From assembly GCF_009914755.1 (NCBI RefSeq), contig NC_060931.1: a stretch of 64,000 bases of DNA. One strand, given 5' to 3'. Below the pieces are notes generated by a model. That model saw only the letters and a list, made by a program, of their open reading frames with translations, was not told where the DNA came from and searched no databases. Source of the DNA: the human T2T-CHM13v2.0 reference genome, Homo sapiens. Of the stretch, positions 59,941 to 64,000 are shown piece by piece; position 1 is the stretch's first letter, and the number at the start of each line of letters is the position of its first letter. Made by a program: the position numbers and the translations under genes.

Positions 59941-59952
59941 ATTATTTTTTAT

Positions 59953-60095
59953 GATACTTTTAAAAAATTTCTTCTAAAAAAACAAGATACATGTGCAGAA
60001 CGTGCAGGTTTGTTACATAGGTATATATGTTTCATGGTGGTTCACTGCACCTATTGACCCATCCTCTAAGTTCCCTCTTCTCACCTCCACCCCCT
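59953..60095 (-). mobile_element. Short L1PA (PA8-10-like) 3' end
   Basis: gatacatgtgcagaacgtgcaggtttgttacatagg; TSD caaattatttttta. Confidence 0.88.
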
Positions 60096-60229
60096 CAAAT
60101 TATTTTTTAACAATAATATATCACCATTCTAAAATACTCTATTGAAAGTTATATAAGATATATCTCAACTACTTCATCTGAACTTTTTTTTTGTTTTAGT
60201 TTTGGGGTTTTAAAAATTTTATTTATTTA

Positions 60230-60625
60230 AAAAAATTTTAATTGACAAACAATAATTGAAACATTTATGGGGTACAATGTATTGTTTTGATATATGTGTA
60301 TATCATAGGAGATTAAATCAAGCTTATTAACATATTTATCACCTCACCTACTTGCCATTTTTTGTGGTGAGAATTTTAAAAATCTACTCTTTCAGCAGTT
60401 TTGAAATATACAATGCGTTGTTATTGACTGTGCTCACCATGCTATGCAGTACATCTCTAAAACTTATTCCTCCTAACTGATACTTTGTATCCTTTGACCA
60501 TCTCCCCTTTTCTCATCTCTCTCACCAGCTACCTCCCCACTGAATCCCCAGCTTCCATTCTACTCTCTGCTTCTAGGAGTTTGCCAATTTCACATATAAA
60601 TGAGATCATGTAGTGTTTGTCTTTT
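60230..60625 (-). mobile_element. L1MA-like 3' end
   Basis: tttatggggtacaatgt ... aaaatctactct ... tgagatcatgtag. Confidence 0.85.
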
Positions 60626-60632
60626 TAAATGA

Positions 60633-60968
<336 letters not shown>

Positions 60969-62487
60969 TGAATCTTATTTTTTTAACCAGGCTGTATGCC
61001 ACAGGATAAATCGATCTACCCATTAGTCAATTTTCTTAGCAGCATGAAAACTACCAGGTAGGATATTTCCAATGCAGAGAAAATTTTGCTTCTAAATATA
61101 AAAACACTTGATGTTACTGAGTTGAAAATATAGATCTCAAAACATGTTTAAGACAGACTTGCTTTATTTTTAAAATTTCAATAGGAATATTGTTTTAGTA
61201 ATTTCCTTTTTCTTAAAATTCCTGTTTACTCAATGAATGCATTTAAAAACAAAACCTTCAAGTGTGGTATTTTGTAATAAGACTTATTTTTATATAGGCT
61301 CTGAGAAAGCTTCTACAACTGGCGTTGTCTGCCTGCAGTTTGCCCATGGCAAGTTGAGTTGACATAGCAGGTGCACCTTAATTTTCCCTCATCTTTGAAG
61401 ATGGTTATTAAGATTTATGGGGCATGTGTGCCTGCATATGTATGCCTGAAGAGACCTCATGGAAATGAAAAGGCTCTTTCACTTTGTGCACGTAGGGAGC
61501 CAGCCCTTTGATTAGTTACTACTGTGGAAGAGGCTGCTAGCTAAGGCCTTTTGCAGTTCATGATGCTACCTTTTTTTCCCACTATTGGCCTGAAAACTTT
61601 GTCCACAAACAGCAACTCCATTCAGCACTGCTGAACCTGTGCCCGAAGTCAGCCTTTCTGGGGAAGGTTCTTCAAAATACAGTGTGACTTACAGTTTGAA
61701 ATGACAACTTAGCAGGTGTCAAGCAGCAGCCAACACTTCAGAATCCCACAAGTAAACATTTCAACAGATAAGTGATATTTTCTGTCCTCTACATAATGGA
61801 TTTAATGAGGGGTTAGGTCAAAGTCATACACAGAACAAAAGGAGTCATGTTATGGAATGCCAAGCAAGATATTTACAAAAACTGCTGAACACAGTAAATT
61901 ATCAGTCTTTTCAGGACTGATAAAAGCCAAAATGGGCTGGAATGCTGACATTGAGGGGAACCTAATAGAATCCCACTTTGGCTTTGGGCTTGGCTGTCTT
62001 TAAACTCTGTCTTCTTTTTAAAGTCACAGAGACAAGGACCATACACAGGGTAATTGATACCTTTTACTTCTGCCTGTGTGAGCCTGCCACAACTGTTCAG
62101 GACAGGGAAGTTATGAAAAGTATGAAAAGAAAAGATGTACTTTGAAACTCCATGATATTGTTAGCAATGCAAGAATGGCTAGGATCTTAATATCCTTGAA
62201 AAACTAAATAGAAGACTCTTCATGCCTAGCTCTGTGAATTAGTAAAATTTAGTTAATACATCAAAATTAAATGTTACTATTTAAAAACCTAAATAAGATT
62301 AACTAAATGCTTCCTCTTTCTCAATTTAGTTGGTTGATTCGTTCCTGGGTGTATCTAGGTGAATTCCTCTATTGACTAATTTCCCGATTTCTGTGTGTAA
62401 TGAATTAGATTCTTCCCAGTTCTGCAGGTACAAGACTATCTCCTTTGTAGCAGAGTGAACTTGAGTCACAACCCGAAGTCATCCTGG

Positions 62488-63127
62488 TGAAGCGGCTTCA
62501 TTTGTCTGGGGTAATACCCGAGGTTAGTTGTCTCATGCCAAGGAAATCGAGGATGTGGACACACAAGGAGTGGGTTTAAGGGCAGAAGTTTAATAGGCGA
62601 AAGAAAGAAGAGAGCTTTCTTGTGCAAAGGAAGGAGTCCTGAACAGGTTTCTGGGTTCTCAGTGAGATGCGGTGTGTTTTATAGATGAGCTTAGGGAGGT
62701 GGTCTCTGATTTATATAGGGCCCAAAGACTGGTTGGACCAGGTGTATCATATACATAGCCTGCAAAGAAGCTGGACATATTCCACCCTAATTTTTTATTA
62801 CGCAGATGGAGTCTCTACCTGGCTGGCGGCATGTTGCCTGCTTTTTTACTGCACACACGTGGCAACAAAGAAAAGGGAAGAGGGAACCTCCATGTTGAAT
62901 ACACCTGGCCCCCAGGTAGTCTTTTCCTATTGGCACAGCTGCTGGCATTTACCTATGCAAGCTTCCAGCTTGCTTATCTATGTCTGTAGCTCAATTTTAC
63001 AAGCTGGTCTTTGTTAGAAAAGAAATGATTTGGGGGCTGCTTTTTGTTAAAAGATAATTCCACTGAGAACTCTCTTACCCTTACTAAATACCTAAATAAT
63101 TTTTGTTTTTTTTTAGCTCCTGTATCA
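62488..63127 (-). mobile_element. ERV1 solo LTR (LTR9-like), 640 bp
   Basis: TG/CA ends; exact 4-bp TSD CTGG at 62484-62487 and 63128-63131; minus strand starts tgatacaggagctaaaa. Confidence 0.85.
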
Positions 63128-63489
63128 CTGGTTACTGGCCCGTGTGGTTAGGTTTAAATGGCAGGGTTACAGAAAATCTCCAGAAGGGCCAGTAGCTATT
63201 AAGGGATTATGTCTGCTTTTTGAGTACTGTGCTTACAATTTGAGCTGTTAATGACTAATGTTTCTCAGAAATTGTTGCAATAAGCAATTTTATTAATCAT
63301 TTTATTAACTGAATTGTAGAAATATACATATGCATATAAATAATACAATCTTTTGCATAAGTTCACTTGTGGATGCCAGCTGTCACAGAACTGAGAACTC
63401 TAAAGAAAACAGTTTAACAGTTACCAAATGTCTTGCATTGCATTAAAAATTCTGCAGATAAGATTCTAAATTATCAAATATCTATAACA

Positions 63490-63900
63490 CTTTTAGAAAG
63501 CAACAAGGCAATATATAGCAAATGTGGGTTCATATTCTTTGACTCAGTAATTCAACTTCTGGGAATTCTTTAAAGGATATAATCCAAAAGAAGGAAAAGG
63601 AGTGTGTACCTATATTTTCATAGCAAGGCTGTTTGTAACAGAAAAGAAAGGAGATAAATTTCTCATGAAAGATAGATGCTTAAATCAATTGTTAAAAATG
63701 CAAGGGGTGATTATAGTTTTAAAGTGACTCTTATTATTTCTATTTATAGATACATAAAATGCCTGTGATTTGATATTAACTGAACATGCAAAAATGTGTG
63801 TCTCATATGATTGAAACTATATAAGGATATTTATTTATATGAGCAAAGAACGAAATGTTACTAAAAAGTGTGGTGGTGATCAAATTGTAGAAGATTTTTG
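63490..63900 (+). mobile_element. L1ME-like 3' fragment
   Basis: ctttgactcagtaattcaacttctgggaatt. Confidence 0.55.
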
Positions 63901-63924
63901 AAATATTAAATTCTTTTTTATCTG

Positions 63925-64000
63925 TTTCTTTTTTTGAGACAGAGTGTCGCTCTGTTGCCCAGGCTGGGGTGCAATGATGTGATCTTGGCTAACTGCAATC
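63925..64000 (-). mobile_element. Alu, cut by the window end
   Basis: ttttgagacagagtgtcgctctgttgcccaggctgg. Confidence 0.93.

Overview
This is primate (human-like) non-coding genomic DNA, either intergenic or deep intronic. It is AT-rich and CpG-depleted, with no CpG island, and roughly half is recognisable interspersed repeat by eye. I find about 26 Alu copies or fragments, L1 pieces of several ages (one 1.47-kb L1PA with an exact TSD), L2 and MIR remnants, solo MaLR/ERV LTRs (MLT1, MST, THE1, LTR9/16/33-like), DNA-transposon MITEs (MER2/3/5/20/47/63/94, MADE1) and microsatellites. I could not recognise any protein-coding exon, RNA gene or CRISPR array, and I could not identify the locus. 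The ORF track is explained by Alu, L1 and simple-repeat translations or chance. Subfamily names come from my recollection of consensus sequences and need RepeatMasker/Dfam confirmation. I see no convincing new biological system. The best leads are: (1) a ~44-bp L1-like patch inside a MIR that looks copied from the L1 2 kb upstream; (2) + strand micro-exon and exon-like units, especially 16 nt at 43809 and 5 nt at 22164; (3) repeat-free blocks rich in TF motifs, RFX X-boxes and DUX4 sites inside TEs; (4) several clear TE-archaeology cases.
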